64,000 nucleotides of DNA from a virus (lineage: Duplodnaviria > Caudoviricetes). The first letter of the stretch is position 1; the number at the start of each line of letters is the position of its first letter. Below, in pieces: positions 8,684 to 17,387 of the stretch. The notes under the pieces are model-generated. The model searched no databases. It was not told where the DNA came from and saw nothing but the letters and a program-made list of their open reading frames with translations. The stretch is taken from the IMG/VR virus record IMGVR_UViG_3300032007_000071, positions 10,074 to 74,073 of that record; one strand, written 5' to 3'. Both the position numbers and the translations under genes were made by a program.

Positions 8684-9274
8684 CTATTCGCTTCGTTCCC
8701 GGCAACGTTTCTGACGACGCTGCCATTCCCGCCGCATCGCTTCTACATACACGTCGTCGGTGCGGTATTCTTTGCAGAACGCCTCGATCATCTCCACCTG
8801 GGCATAACGCTCCCCCTTGTGCGCTTGCTGGTACTCCTTGCTGAAGACCCCTACGGCCTGCCAGAACGCCTCCCGGATGAGCCGTAGGAGCGATGCTGCC
8901 TGCTGCTGGCCAAAGCTCGTGTCACTGTCCCACGGATGTACCGTGCCGTCCTCGTACATGGCATACGGGGGACAGGCCACGGGGAGGTACTGGACAAACA
9001 GCTCCCGCGTGACGCCGAATACCTTCTCCACGCTCTGCGCGTCCATCTCCAGCCCTACCTCCAGGGCAGCGTGCCAGGTATCGCAGATCACGTTACCGGG
9101 CACGACATCAGGGTGGAGCTCATCGTCGGCAGGCATCTCCATCACCGCTTGAACTCCATCTATATTCTGCACTTCTATCACCGGGTTATCTTTCACCCGT
9201 TTCGGCCCGCCCAGTGTCCTGCGTGCCCATCCTCGCATATAATCTGTTATTTTAAGCCAGCAAATCGGTTCCAT
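8684..9274 (-). CDS. hypothetical phage protein
   Basis: 196 aa, convergent with the ATPase gene, own TACCTTTG promoter at 9338-9345. Confidence 0.75.
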   Translation of the reverse strand: MEPICWLKITDYMRGWARRTLGGPKRVKDNPVIEVQNIDGVQAVMEMPADDELHPDVVPGNVICDTWHAALEVGLEMDAQSVEKVFGVTRELFVQYLPVACPPYAMYEDGTVHPWDSDTSFGQQQAASLLRLIREAFWQAVGVFSKEYQQAHKGERYAQVEMIEAFCKEYRTDDVYVEAMRREWQRRQKRCRERSE

Positions 9275-9337
9275 TCTTAGTCACTCTTTGGTCAGTCTGG
9301 AAAGGCTATAAGCGTATAACTTACTCATTTCCAACTA

Positions 9338-9345
9338 CAAAGGTA
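9338..9345 (-). promoter_or_regulatory. -7 box TACCTTTG
   Basis: caaaggta on the + strand upstream of ORF 8684..9274. Confidence 0.55.
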
Positions 9346-9974
9346 CAAAATATTCCGTCAACATCCAAGTGCTCAGCCATCTTTAATCGTTTGAATCGTC
9401 ACTCAAAATCCACTCAAACGAAAAGGCTACTGATTATCAACGAGTTACAACGAGCGTCGAGAAAAATGGCTATTTCTGTGAGTGGCTCTTGAATTTATGG
9501 CCCAGAGTTCTCAAAGACTTAACTACTTAGTTATCAGCCAAATAGAAATCCGTTGCGCACGAAGGGAGAGAAATACCCCTATTTTTGGTGAAACTCCTCT
9601 CTTCTATTTTTTAATCACACACATGCGGCAAATTCCCCGCACCCCAATCAAAATAAATAATAGGTTATAAAAATAAGAAAAGAAGTTGATTATCAGATAG
9701 TTATATATTATATAATATATTACGTCGTAAAATTTTAAATTAAAATTAGAATATATAAGTAATACTTATACTAAATAACCGCGCAGATTTTTTGTAAATC
9801 GTTGAAAACCAACGAGTTACAAGCGGCAAAACGGAATCCGTCAATTCAAGACAAACCGCAAAGCGATGATGTAACACGCTGATAAACAAACTATTGCACG
9901 TTTGAACGGCAACTTAAAACGAGGATGGGTGCAATTAAAACGGCTGCATTGTTGGCAGTCTCCCGGTTTCTTCG

Positions 9975-9982
9975 TACCTTTG
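9975..9982 (+). promoter_or_regulatory. -7 box TACCTTTG upstream of the spanin-like gene
   Basis: consensus match. Confidence 0.5.
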
Positions 9983-10220
9983 CAGTAGGTAATCACAGCT
10001 TTGAATCTTCAATAGGCATTTGTCTTTGGCTCGAAAGCATGAAGTATATACCGGATGGCCGAGTACTATCCGTCACGCGTCGCCGCTCCCTTGTTGTAGC
10101 TTTTGGGGGAAGGCGGCGCGTTCTTCTTTGATAGCCATTGATGTTTTTGTGCCACATGTATGCGCTTGCCCTTGACTTCAAGGCGCTCGCACCCTATCTT
10201 AGCGACAAAAAACAGAATTT

Positions 10221-10703
10221 ATGGTAAGACAGAATCCCTATTATAACAACGACCCACGGCCGTTCCTCCTCCTGCTCTATGCGATGCTGGTGATGATGTT
10301 CCTCGCCCTGTTCGGTGGCTGCACCACCACCCGTTACGTCCAGGTGCCGGTGAGACATACCGACACGCTCCGTCTCGTCCATGAGCGGCATGACAGCGTA
10401 TGGCTGCACGACAGTATCTACCAGCGTGAGTACATGCGTGGCGATACCGTCTACCGCTACATCGACCGATGGCACAACCAGTACATCAAGCAGCTCCTCC
10501 GTGACACCGCCTATATCTCCCGTCGTGACACCGTGCCGGTGCCTTACCCCGTGGAGAAGAAGGTCCCCGCCCAGCTCGCGTGGCATCAGCAGGCACGGCT
10601 CTGGCTGGCCAACCTCGTCCTCGTGGCACTCGCCGTGGCTGCCGGGGTATGGATCATCAGAAAACGGAGCTGGTGGCTGGAGAAGATCCGGAAGCTGCTG
10701 TAA
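10221..10703 (+). CDS. spanin-like lipoprotein (N-terminal lipobox, C-terminal transmembrane helix)
   Basis: LFGGC lipobox, beta-rich TDT/HDS repeats, hydrophobic LWLANLVLVALAVAAGVWII followed by a basic tail. Confidence 0.6.
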   Translation: MVRQNPYYNNDPRPFLLLLYAMLVMMFLALFGGCTTTRYVQVPVRHTDTLRLVHERHDSVWLHDSIYQREYMRGDTVYRYIDRWHNQYIKQLLRDTAYISRRDTVPVPYPVEKKVPAQLAWHQQARLWLANLVLVALAVAAGVWIIRKRSWWLEKIRKLL

Positions 10704-10717
10704 GCCAGTTCCCCATC

Positions 10718-11151
10718 GGTCGCAGTGCTCCCTTATTTGGGGGCGCACTTCGTGCTTGAAATTTTACTTAAAATTTGGCCTTAAAATTTTACTTAAAATT
10801 TGGCTGGCGCGATGATGGGCGGTCGCAGAGCTCCCTTATTTGGGGGCGCTCCGCTTGAAATTATATTTAAAATTTATATTTAAAATTTTATTTAGAATTG
10901 GCTGGCGCGGTGCTTGTTTCCGCATGGACCCTATCCGCATGAAAGGGTGGCAGGAAAATTTTAAATTCAATTCTAAATAATAATTCTAAATATAATTTCA
11001 AGCGAAGCGACCAGAAGCAGCGCGAAGCGCTCCAAGCAATCGGTGGGCAGGAAAATTTTAAGTCAAATTTTAAGTAAGAATTTTAAGTAAAATTTTAAGC
11101 GGAGCGACCCCATAAAAAGCGAAGCGCCCATCAGCAAGGGAGCTTGCGACC
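10718..11151 (+). repeat. GNA-hairpin/AT-arm palindromic element, copy 3 (2 + 2 arms)
   Basis: arms at about 10743 and 10845, core with ccctatccgcatgaaagggtggcagg, inverted arms ending about 11010 and 11110. Confidence 0.92.
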
Positions 11152-11186
11152 GACAAAACGAATACGAAAACAAAATATAGACAACT

Positions 11187-11456
11187 ATGAAGCAACTTGC
11201 ATTATCCGAGCTCCGGCGTGTCGCCGAGCGGTTCACAGGAGCTCACGAGCGCATCCCCTGGCGGGTGTGGTACGTCGCCGCCAACAACGGCGATGTCATC
11301 CGTGGCGAGGAGGTCATCACCCTCAGTGTCGATGTGCCGCCCAACTGCCCCGGTGCCTACCCCTCCCGACTGGTACAGTTCACCGCCAGCGGCCAGACCC
11401 GCCGCCTCCGTGACTGCTGTATACTAAGGGCTGACGACTACGAGTTGGTCGTGTGA
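11187..11456 (+). CDS. conserved hypothetical Bacteroidales phage protein
   Basis: 89 aa, acaactATG start context, RLVQF..SGQTRRLRDCCI motif. Confidence 0.7.
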   Translation: MKQLALSELRRVAERFTGAHERIPWRVWYVAANNGDVIRGEEVITLSVDVPPNCPGAYPSRLVQFTASGQTRRLRDCCILRADDYELVV

Positions 11457-11461
11457 TGGAG

Positions 11462-11510
11462 TTAGGAGCTATTAGGAGTTAGGAGATAGGAGTTAGGAGT
11501 TAGGAGTTAA
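11462..11510 (+). repeat. 7-mer tandem repeat (TTAGGAG)n
   Basis: about six imperfect copies between two genes. Confidence 0.8.
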
Positions 11511-11545
11511 TTTGGCACACACGATTAAAAACAATTAATAATATC

Positions 11546-12046
11546 ATGGAACCCAAGAAGTATTTACATAAACTCGCGCAAGCCGTGAGCCGACGCAGTG
11601 GCATCAGTATCAACACCTGCTTGGTGGTACTCCCTGCCCTCTTCGACGAGATGCGCTACATGCTCTGTGAGGGCGACTACCGTTGCGTGACGGTGGAGAG
11701 CTTCGGCACCCTCACCGTCAAGGAGCGGCCCCGCCGTCACTACCGCCGCCTCTTCCCCGACGGCACGAGTCAGCTCATCGAACTGCCACCGAAGCTCATC
11801 GTGAAGTTTCTCCCCACCGCCAACCTGCGGAGGGAGGTGGAGTCCTCCAGTTTCGATCCCACCCGCCAGTCGTTCGTCATCCATCCCGACGATCATGGCA
11901 TCCGCACGCGGAAGGCGGTGAAGAGTAAGGCGAAGAAGCACGACCTGTTCTTTGCCATCGACGGCGTGGTGAAACGTGACGACCCGGTGCCCGACCACCC
12001 CAAGCGCATCCGTATCATCCGTGGAAAGGACAGCTCAGAGGAATAA
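11546..12046 (+). CDS. HU/IHF family DNA-binding protein with C-terminal extension
   Basis: LAQAVSRRSGIS, VTVESFGTLTVKERPRR, KLIVKFLPTANLR. Confidence 0.8.
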   Translation: MEPKKYLHKLAQAVSRRSGISINTCLVVLPALFDEMRYMLCEGDYRCVTVESFGTLTVKERPRRHYRRLFPDGTSQLIELPPKLIVKFLPTANLRREVESSSFDPTRQSFVIHPDDHGIRTRKAVKSKAKKHDLFFAIDGVVKRDDPVPDHPKRIRIIRGKDSSEE

Positions 12047-12128
12047 GCGGTCTTTGGCACACAGCTTTCACGATGATTAAGCGAACGGGGCACGGAGCGT
12101 CCGAGCAGTCAGTAAGGCTGAATTTTCA

Positions 12129-12192
12129 AATCAGTACTACTGATTTCCAGCAATCAGTACTACTGTTTTCTCGCAATCAGTACTACTGATTT
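12129..12192. repeat. 3 x 23-bp repeat with quasi-palindromic core AATCAGTACTACTGATT
   Basis: units at 12129, 12152, 12175. Confidence 0.8.
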
Positions 12193-12218
12193 CTCGGGGC
12201 CCCTTTCGGGGGTTGGGT

Positions 12219-12640
12219 GGGGCGCACTTCGTGCTTGAAATTTTACTTAAAATTTGGACTTAAAATTTTACTTAAAATTTTACTGCCACCGATTGCTCTG
12301 GGCGCTTCGCGCTGCTTCCCTGGGTTCGGGGCGCTTCGCTTGAAATTGGATTTATAATTTTTATTTAGAATTTGATTTAAAATTTTCCTGCCCACCCTTT
12401 CCTACGGATAGGCGGATAGCCGAACTGGATGATCCTATGGGAACGCGTACCGCGCCATCCAAATTTTAAGTAAAATTTTAAGTAAGAATTTTAAGTAAAA
12501 TTTTGAGCGGAGCGACCATACAGCAAGGGAGCTTGCGACCGACAATCATCGCTCCAGCCAATTCTAAATAAAATTATAAATAGAAATTCTAAATAAAATT
12601 TCAAGCGGAGCGCCCAAAAAAAAGAGGAAGCGGAGCGACC
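12219..12640 (-). repeat. GNA-hairpin/AT-arm palindromic element, copy 4 (2 + 2 arms, inverted relative to copies 2 and 3)
   Basis: same arms and core as copies 2 and 3 in reverse-complement order. Confidence 0.92.
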
Positions 12641-12695
12641 GGAATATAGAAAACACTTTTTGTACCACATAATTAACAATTAAACACAAAAGACT

Positions 12696-13232
12696 ATGGC
12701 TACCATCAAGTATCAAGTCAAGGAGAACAATACCATCGGTACTCACTCCTTCTATGCACAAGCAGTCAGTTACAGCACCCTCGACATCTCCGACCTCGCG
12801 TCAGAGGTGGCCGAGAACATCGGCATCTCGCCGTCTACCGTGAAGATGGTGCTCGAACGTTACGCTGTCGTGGCAGAGCGCAGCATCATGCGTGGCCACC
12901 GTGTGAAGCTCGGCGACCTCCTCACCTTCTATCCGCAGATCAGTGCCTCCGTCAAGGATGAGCTCGACAAGGAGGGACACGTCGTGAAGAAAGCCACAGC
13001 CGACATGCTGAAGATCTCCGGCTGTAAGAGCACCATCGGTGCCACCATCTCCCAGGCGGTGCAGCAGCAGTTCGCCGCCAAGGTGTCGTGGAAGCGTGCC
13101 GGCGAAGACGATGCTGTGACGAAGGACGACGGCACAACGGGTGGCAGCACGCCTGGCGCATCCGGCAGTTCGTCGGAGGGTGGCAGCGCTTCCGGTTCGG
13201 GCGACTCAGGTTCTTACGGAACCAACGAGTGA
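12696..13232 (+). CDS. HU-domain (Bacteroidetes histone-like) DNA-binding protein
   Basis: FYAQAVSYSTLDISDLASEVAE...HRVKLGDLLTFYP, Gly/Ser-rich tail typical of this family. Confidence 0.85.
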   Translation: MATIKYQVKENNTIGTHSFYAQAVSYSTLDISDLASEVAENIGISPSTVKMVLERYAVVAERSIMRGHRVKLGDLLTFYPQISASVKDELDKEGHVVKKATADMLKISGCKSTIGATISQAVQQQFAAKVSWKRAGEDDAVTKDDGTTGGSTPGASGSSSEGGSASGSGDSGSYGTNE

Positions 13233-13259
13233 CGACAGGGGCTAAGACCCAATTCTATT

Positions 13260-13293
13260 AAGAGGACTGCTTAGCGCAACAGTCCTCTTTTTT
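13260..13293 (+). terminator. intrinsic terminator
   Basis: aagaggactg...cagtcctcttttttt. Confidence 0.75.
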
Positions 13294-13427
13294 ATAGATA
13301 TAGGGTGAAATAAAAACACATATAAAATGTTAAATTTGTAGGCTTGAAGAAAATTTCTCCCGAAATTGTTTGGAGGTGAAATAAAAACACATTACCTTTG
13401 CAGCGAACAATTAAAGCTACAACAATT

Positions 13428-13976
13428 ATGGATACAGCAAAAGTGAAGATGACGCAGGATGCGCTCTATAAATACCTAACCGACCACGACGTGAAAATCT
13501 CACGCATAGCGGAGCTAATGGGGTTAGGTCCGAATTGCGTTATATCATGTTTTCGGCATAATAACAACAGTCATGGGAATCCGAGATATTTCAGTGTGGA
13601 GAATATTCAGAAGCTGAACGAAGCGCTTCCTAAACTCGCTATGCAACTGCGATTTAGCTTGATAACCTTTGGTAGTGACAAGATGTACGCCAATAGGCAT
13701 GGTCGTGTATATGATCCTGGGATGATCGAGCCACTCAACGAACTTGGCGAGCTTATGAATCTAATTGGCCTTACCGGACGTTTGTTAGGATGGAGTAAGT
13801 CTAAGAAAATGAGTGTGTTCAGCTCTCCAACAAGTAAGGCTTATGGGCATATCACCGAGTCGGACATAACAACTATAAATACGGAAATAATTTCCGTTGC
13901 AGGTGTATTGGAGAATGTAGAAATAGTTCCTGATGACAATGCCTATGATGGCAACCCTACCTCTTCTAAGGAATAA
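13428..13976 (+). CDS. hypothetical protein, possible N-terminal HTH regulator
   Basis: monocistronic with TACCTTTG at 13393-13400; KISRIAELMGLGPNCV resembles a helix-turn-helix. Confidence 0.6.
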   Translation: MDTAKVKMTQDALYKYLTDHDVKISRIAELMGLGPNCVISCFRHNNNSHGNPRYFSVENIQKLNEALPKLAMQLRFSLITFGSDKMYANRHGRVYDPGMIEPLNELGELMNLIGLTGRLLGWSKSKKMSVFSSPTSKAYGHITESDITTINTEIISVAGVLENVEIVPDDNAYDGNPTSSKE

Positions 13977-14039
13977 GAGACACCTTATTATATATATGTA
14001 TTCGCAAAGGTAATATATACTTGTTTTACTTTTGATAAT

Positions 14040-14080
14040 AAACGGCAGTCTGCAATAAATGCGGATTGCCGTTTGTTTTT
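14040..14080 (+). terminator. intrinsic terminator
   Basis: aaacggcagtctgca...tgcggattgccgttt plus T-tract. Confidence 0.65.
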
Positions 14081-14215
14081 ATTATTTTCTCCCTTAATTC
14101 GCTATATATGCGCAAAAAAGATAAAAAAAAAATTTGAATCGAAATATTTACCCCGCGCCTCGCTAAGCGGTGTGGGGCGTCCGGCGGGTTCTGGCGTCCT
14201 CCGCAAATATGCAAA

Positions 14216-14375
14216 GGTAGTGCAGCGTTGGGGATAGGTAGTGCAGCGTTGGGGGATAGATAGTGCAGCGTTGGGGATAGGTAGTGCAGCGTTGGGGATA
14301 GGTAGTGCAGCGTTGGGGATAGGTAGTGCAGCGTTGGGGATAGATAGTGCAGCGTTGGGGATAGGTAGTGCAGCG
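14216..14375 (+). repeat. 21-bp tandem array (TAGGTAGTGCAGCGTTGGGGA), 8 cores
   Basis: TAGTGCAGCG at 14218, 14239, 14261, 14282, 14303, 14324, 14345, 14366. Confidence 0.92.
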
Positions 14376-14572
14376 GCAAAAGGTATCCAGGGCAGCGAGA
14401 AAAGGTTTTTTGCGTATATAAGGTTCGCGCGTGCGTTAAAGAGGTACGCGCGCATGAAGCCCTCAGAACATAGTGTAAACAAACGTAAACAAATGTAACA
14501 AAACCTTTCAAACCCCTTATATAATAGGTAAAACAAAAAACGGTAACTTTATTGTTAAAAGTGTTAAGAGCA

Positions 14573-14604
14573 TTTGGAGCGTAAAAGAAAACATAGTAAC
14601 TTTG
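14573..14604 (+). promoter_or_regulatory. full Bacteroidetes promoter (TTTG-N20-TAACTTTG) heading the early block
   Basis: TTTG at 14573 and TAACTTTG at 14597 with canonical spacing. Confidence 0.65.
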
Positions 14605-15109
14605 CAAGCGTAAAACAGAAACAAACGTTTTACACTCGCTCTTTGATTTGCTTACATACGATACGGAGTGGTACATTGGGAGGCTGCACTTTATCATCAT
14701 TTCGGTAAAGTGTACATCAACGTTTCAGGCTGCAATGCCTGTTTGGCTAACTCTTTTATAGGTTTTGGCTACTCTTTGAGTCGCTCGAAAGGCATACATA
14801 CGGTGGGCGGTATGATGAAAATCATATATAACCCGTATGTAGATAGTCAAGCAATGTATTTAGTACGTATCCGAAAAGTTTGTAATAAGCTATTTACTTA
14901 TTGGCACTATATGGAGGCTAACGTCTCAAGCTACGGGTGTATTGGCAATATTAATGCACCTAAAAGTATTGCATATTGTCTTCAGTGCGGCTAACGTCTC
15001 AAGCGACTTTTCAGGCTATTTGCCTATTGCCTGAAAACAACGTATTGCATATTGCCAAACTGCAAAGCATATAGAAAGTAGTAAGTAGGTAGTGGGGGCA
15101 AAGTACCAA

Positions 15110-15164
15110 CCCTAAATGGTTGCGCCCTGTTGGGCGTCTTAGGTTCGATTCCTTTGAGTTAGGG
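15110..15164 (+). ncRNA. tRNA-like structured motif 1 (not a bona fide tRNA)
   Basis: ccctaa/ttaggg closing stem, atggt linker, cgccc/gggcg hairpin, aggTTCGATTcct T-arm. Confidence 0.4.
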
Positions 15165-15196
15165 GCTAATTGTTTCACTTTCAAAATTTTATAACT

Positions 15197-15874
15197 ATGT
15201 TGTACAAAAAGAATTCAATCAATGCAGGTGTTAAGTCTATGATTAAGAAGTCGGCATCCCTTACGCAGGTATGCAAGGCTATCAGCGGTGTGGGCGGTTA
15301 TATCGCTATCAGCGACAAGGAGAAGGTGCGCCCTCTGGAGCTTATGCAGTCATTGGGCGTGCACGTTCCTAAGAACTCCTACAAGCCAAATGACATCCTT
15401 TTGGCATGGTCTGCTCGTCTCAAAGACGGCAAGCAGATACTGATGGCTCACGCTATCCCCTACGTAGTGGACTTTATGGGCTTCGACTATCCGCTCTATC
15501 GTCTCAAAGACGATAAGTATCAGCGTGTATCAGTGCAGCACCTGTGCCGTGTTGTCAATGCGGAGGATAAGTCCGACGCTACCGACGTTGTAATCAGTGC
15601 CGCAAATGTGCTTCGTGGCTTGCAGCAGAGCGTCTATGTGGAGGATACCCTCGCAAAGGTCGCAAAGTCGGAGGCTGCCTGTGCAGCTATCAAGGAGGGC
15701 TACATCAACGTATCTACCGACAAAAAGAGCGAGGAGTGGGTGCGCATCGTCAAGGGTGACGATGGCGTATGGTCTATCGCTACGGAGGAGGAGCAGGTAG
15801 CCTCCAACGCAAAGAATGAGGCTAAAAAGTCTACTCGCAAAGGTACTCGCAAAAGTGCAAAGAAAGCAGCTTGA
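15197..15874 (+). CDS. hypothetical protein, first gene of the early block
   Basis: ttcaaaattttataactATG start; Lys/Ala-rich tail. Confidence 0.75.
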   Translation: MLYKKNSINAGVKSMIKKSASLTQVCKAISGVGGYIAISDKEKVRPLELMQSLGVHVPKNSYKPNDILLAWSARLKDGKQILMAHAIPYVVDFMGFDYPLYRLKDDKYQRVSVQHLCRVVNAEDKSDATDVVISAANVLRGLQQSVYVEDTLAKVAKSEAACAAIKEGYINVSTDKKSEEWVRIVKGDDGVWSIATEEEQVASNAKNEAKKSTRKGTRKSAKKAA

Positions 15875-15889
15875 TGCTTAGGCACTCTA

Positions 15890-15944
15890 TCCGTGCATGG
15901 TGTGGCATCGCATAGGTGCTATGGGGTTCGATTCCCCACACGGA
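15890..15944 (+). ncRNA. tRNA-like structured motif 2 (not a bona fide tRNA)
   Basis: tccgtg/cacgga stem directly abutting a tggggTTCGATTcccca T-arm, inner gcatc/ggtgc hairpin, atggt linker. Confidence 0.5.
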
Positions 15945-15975
15945 ACTATTGTATAACTTTCAAAAAATTACAACT

Positions 15976-16398
15976 ATGGCAACACTGAAAGACGTATGTG
16001 CTTCTTTGCCTACGGAGTGGGTAGAGCACGAGGAGAAGAAAGAGCGCAACGAGGCTATCCGCTTGTCGGAACGCCTCGCTTGGAAAGTGCAGCGCAAAGC
16101 AGAGCATGACCGCTATCGTGCTTATCGTCAACGTGAGAAACGTCGTGCCATCCGTCGGGGTGAGCATGGCGTTTCGCTTGAAAGCAGCCGCAAGGCGGTG
16201 CGCCGTGAGACGATGCCAGAGCCTATGCGCAAAGAGAGCACCAAAGAGATGTTCTTCTATGGACAGGGGGTGCGTCAGCCAAAGAAGGCTAAAAACAAAG
16301 CGTCAAGCGAGGAAATGGGCACTATTGGTCGTCGTATCGTGGTGAAAAGGTTTGCAGGTAGCCGTATCACCTGCGTATGTAAAAGCAGAATTTATTAA
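15976..16398 (+). CDS. basic hypothetical protein
   Basis: acaactATG start, Arg/Lys-rich. Confidence 0.7.
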   Translation: MATLKDVCASLPTEWVEHEEKKERNEAIRLSERLAWKVQRKAEHDRYRAYRQREKRRAIRRGEHGVSLESSRKAVRRETMPEPMRKESTKEMFFYGQGVRQPKKAKNKASSEEMGTIGRRIVVKRFAGSRITCVCKSRIY

Positions 16399-16417
16399 AT
16401 ATTTGGAGGACAAAACT

Positions 16418-16654
16418 ATGGCAAACAACGTTTTTACACTTTATCAGACCAACGAGCCTAACATCTTGGGTGGGCTCATGACGTATAACAGCCTATCGGA
16501 GGCTATGGACCACGTGGGAAAGATGGGCTGCTTCGGCAGACGCATCACGAAGGTCTATGCGGTAACATACGTGAACTCGGAATGGTGGCGCGGTCACTAT
16601 ACGGGCTACCTGTGCGAGGTGCTGGGACAAGGTTTAATATATTCAATCGACTAA
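16418..16654 (+). CDS. hypothetical protein
   Basis: GGAGGA 7 nt upstream of the ATG. Confidence 0.65.
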   Translation: MANNVFTLYQTNEPNILGGLMTYNSLSEAMDHVGKMGCFGRRITKVYAVTYVNSEWWRGHYTGYLCEVLGQGLIYSID

Positions 16655-16671
16655 TATTTGGAGGACAGACT

Positions 16672-16962
16672 ATGAACGCATTATGGTTACTCAACGCCCT
16701 GCTTGATACGCAGGTGAATATGGAGGCCGTGGGCAAAACGCGGCTATCCAGTAAGAATGACGTGTGGGAGTTGCTCGGCTATCCCGTTGAAAAGGACATC
16801 GAGCCGGGAGTGTATATGTACGCATGCTCTGACTCTCTCAACGACTCGCAATTCGAGTATCTCGAATCTGGAGCGGACGCTATCGTGTGGACGGACGAGC
16901 CGAGCAAGGACGGCAGCGATGCTCCTATGTGCTATCTTCTGTTCCGCATAGACGGAATGTAA
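16672..16962 (+). CDS. acidic hypothetical protein
   Basis: GGAGGA 6 nt upstream of the ATG. Confidence 0.65.
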   Translation: MNALWLLNALLDTQVNMEAVGKTRLSSKNDVWELLGYPVEKDIEPGVYMYACSDSLNDSQFEYLESGADAIVWTDEPSKDGSDAPMCYLLFRIDGM

Positions 16963-16972
16963 CAATATCGCT

Positions 16973-17152
16973 ATGGCAGAGAAAACGCTAATCGTAAGGC
17001 TCGTTCCGCACTATCTCCAGCTGCGGAACGAGCGGACCTACACCGAGGTGCAGGTGAAAAACATTCTATACGCTTTCGCCCGTGATTTGGGGTGCAAGTG
17101 GACAGAGGCTAAATTGCGGGCTTTTATCGAGTCCGTTTTCGACTTCGATTAA
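16973..17152 (+). CDS. small hypothetical protein (59 aa, not in the ORF track)
   Basis: manual translation MAEKTLIVRL...SVFDFD* exactly fills the gap between neighbours. Confidence 0.55.
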   Translation: MAEKTLIVRLVPHYLQLRNERTYTEVQVKNILYAFARDLGCKWTEAKLRAFIESVFDFD

Positions 17153-17165
17153 ACACTATTCGCTT

Positions 17166-17387
17166 ATGAAAACTATGCTTCGTATGTTCGTGGCTATCAT
17201 TGTGGCCATGAACGCAGGCGTTGTCGCTATCCTGCTCGACTGGAGCGACAACGCAGTCGTCGCCGTGACGTTCACGGTGCTAATCGTTGTGGGTTTCGTC
17301 GTCGGTGTGTTTGATATTCCTGACGACAACCATCGTGCTATCCGCAAGGATATGTACCACGACAAGGACATGGGCAAAGCAGCCTAA
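17166..17387 (+). CDS. small two-helix membrane protein
   Basis: two hydrophobic stretches; start moved to the ATG at 17166. Confidence 0.6.
   Translation: MKTMLRMFVAIIVAMNAGVVAILLDWSDNAVVAVTFTVLIVVGFVVGVFDIPDDNHRAIRKDMYHDKDMGKAA

Noticed and set aside
14216-14375. CRISPR array or coding repeat (ORFs 14026..14700, 14102..14536, 14241..14498)
   Set aside because: No spacers; an extra G in unit 2 breaks the reading frame, and the ORFs are low-complexity products of the repeat.
15110-15944. Bona fide tRNA genes
   Set aside because: Only about 55 nt each, with no D-arm, no 7-nt anticodon loop and no CCA; kept as tRNA-like motifs only.
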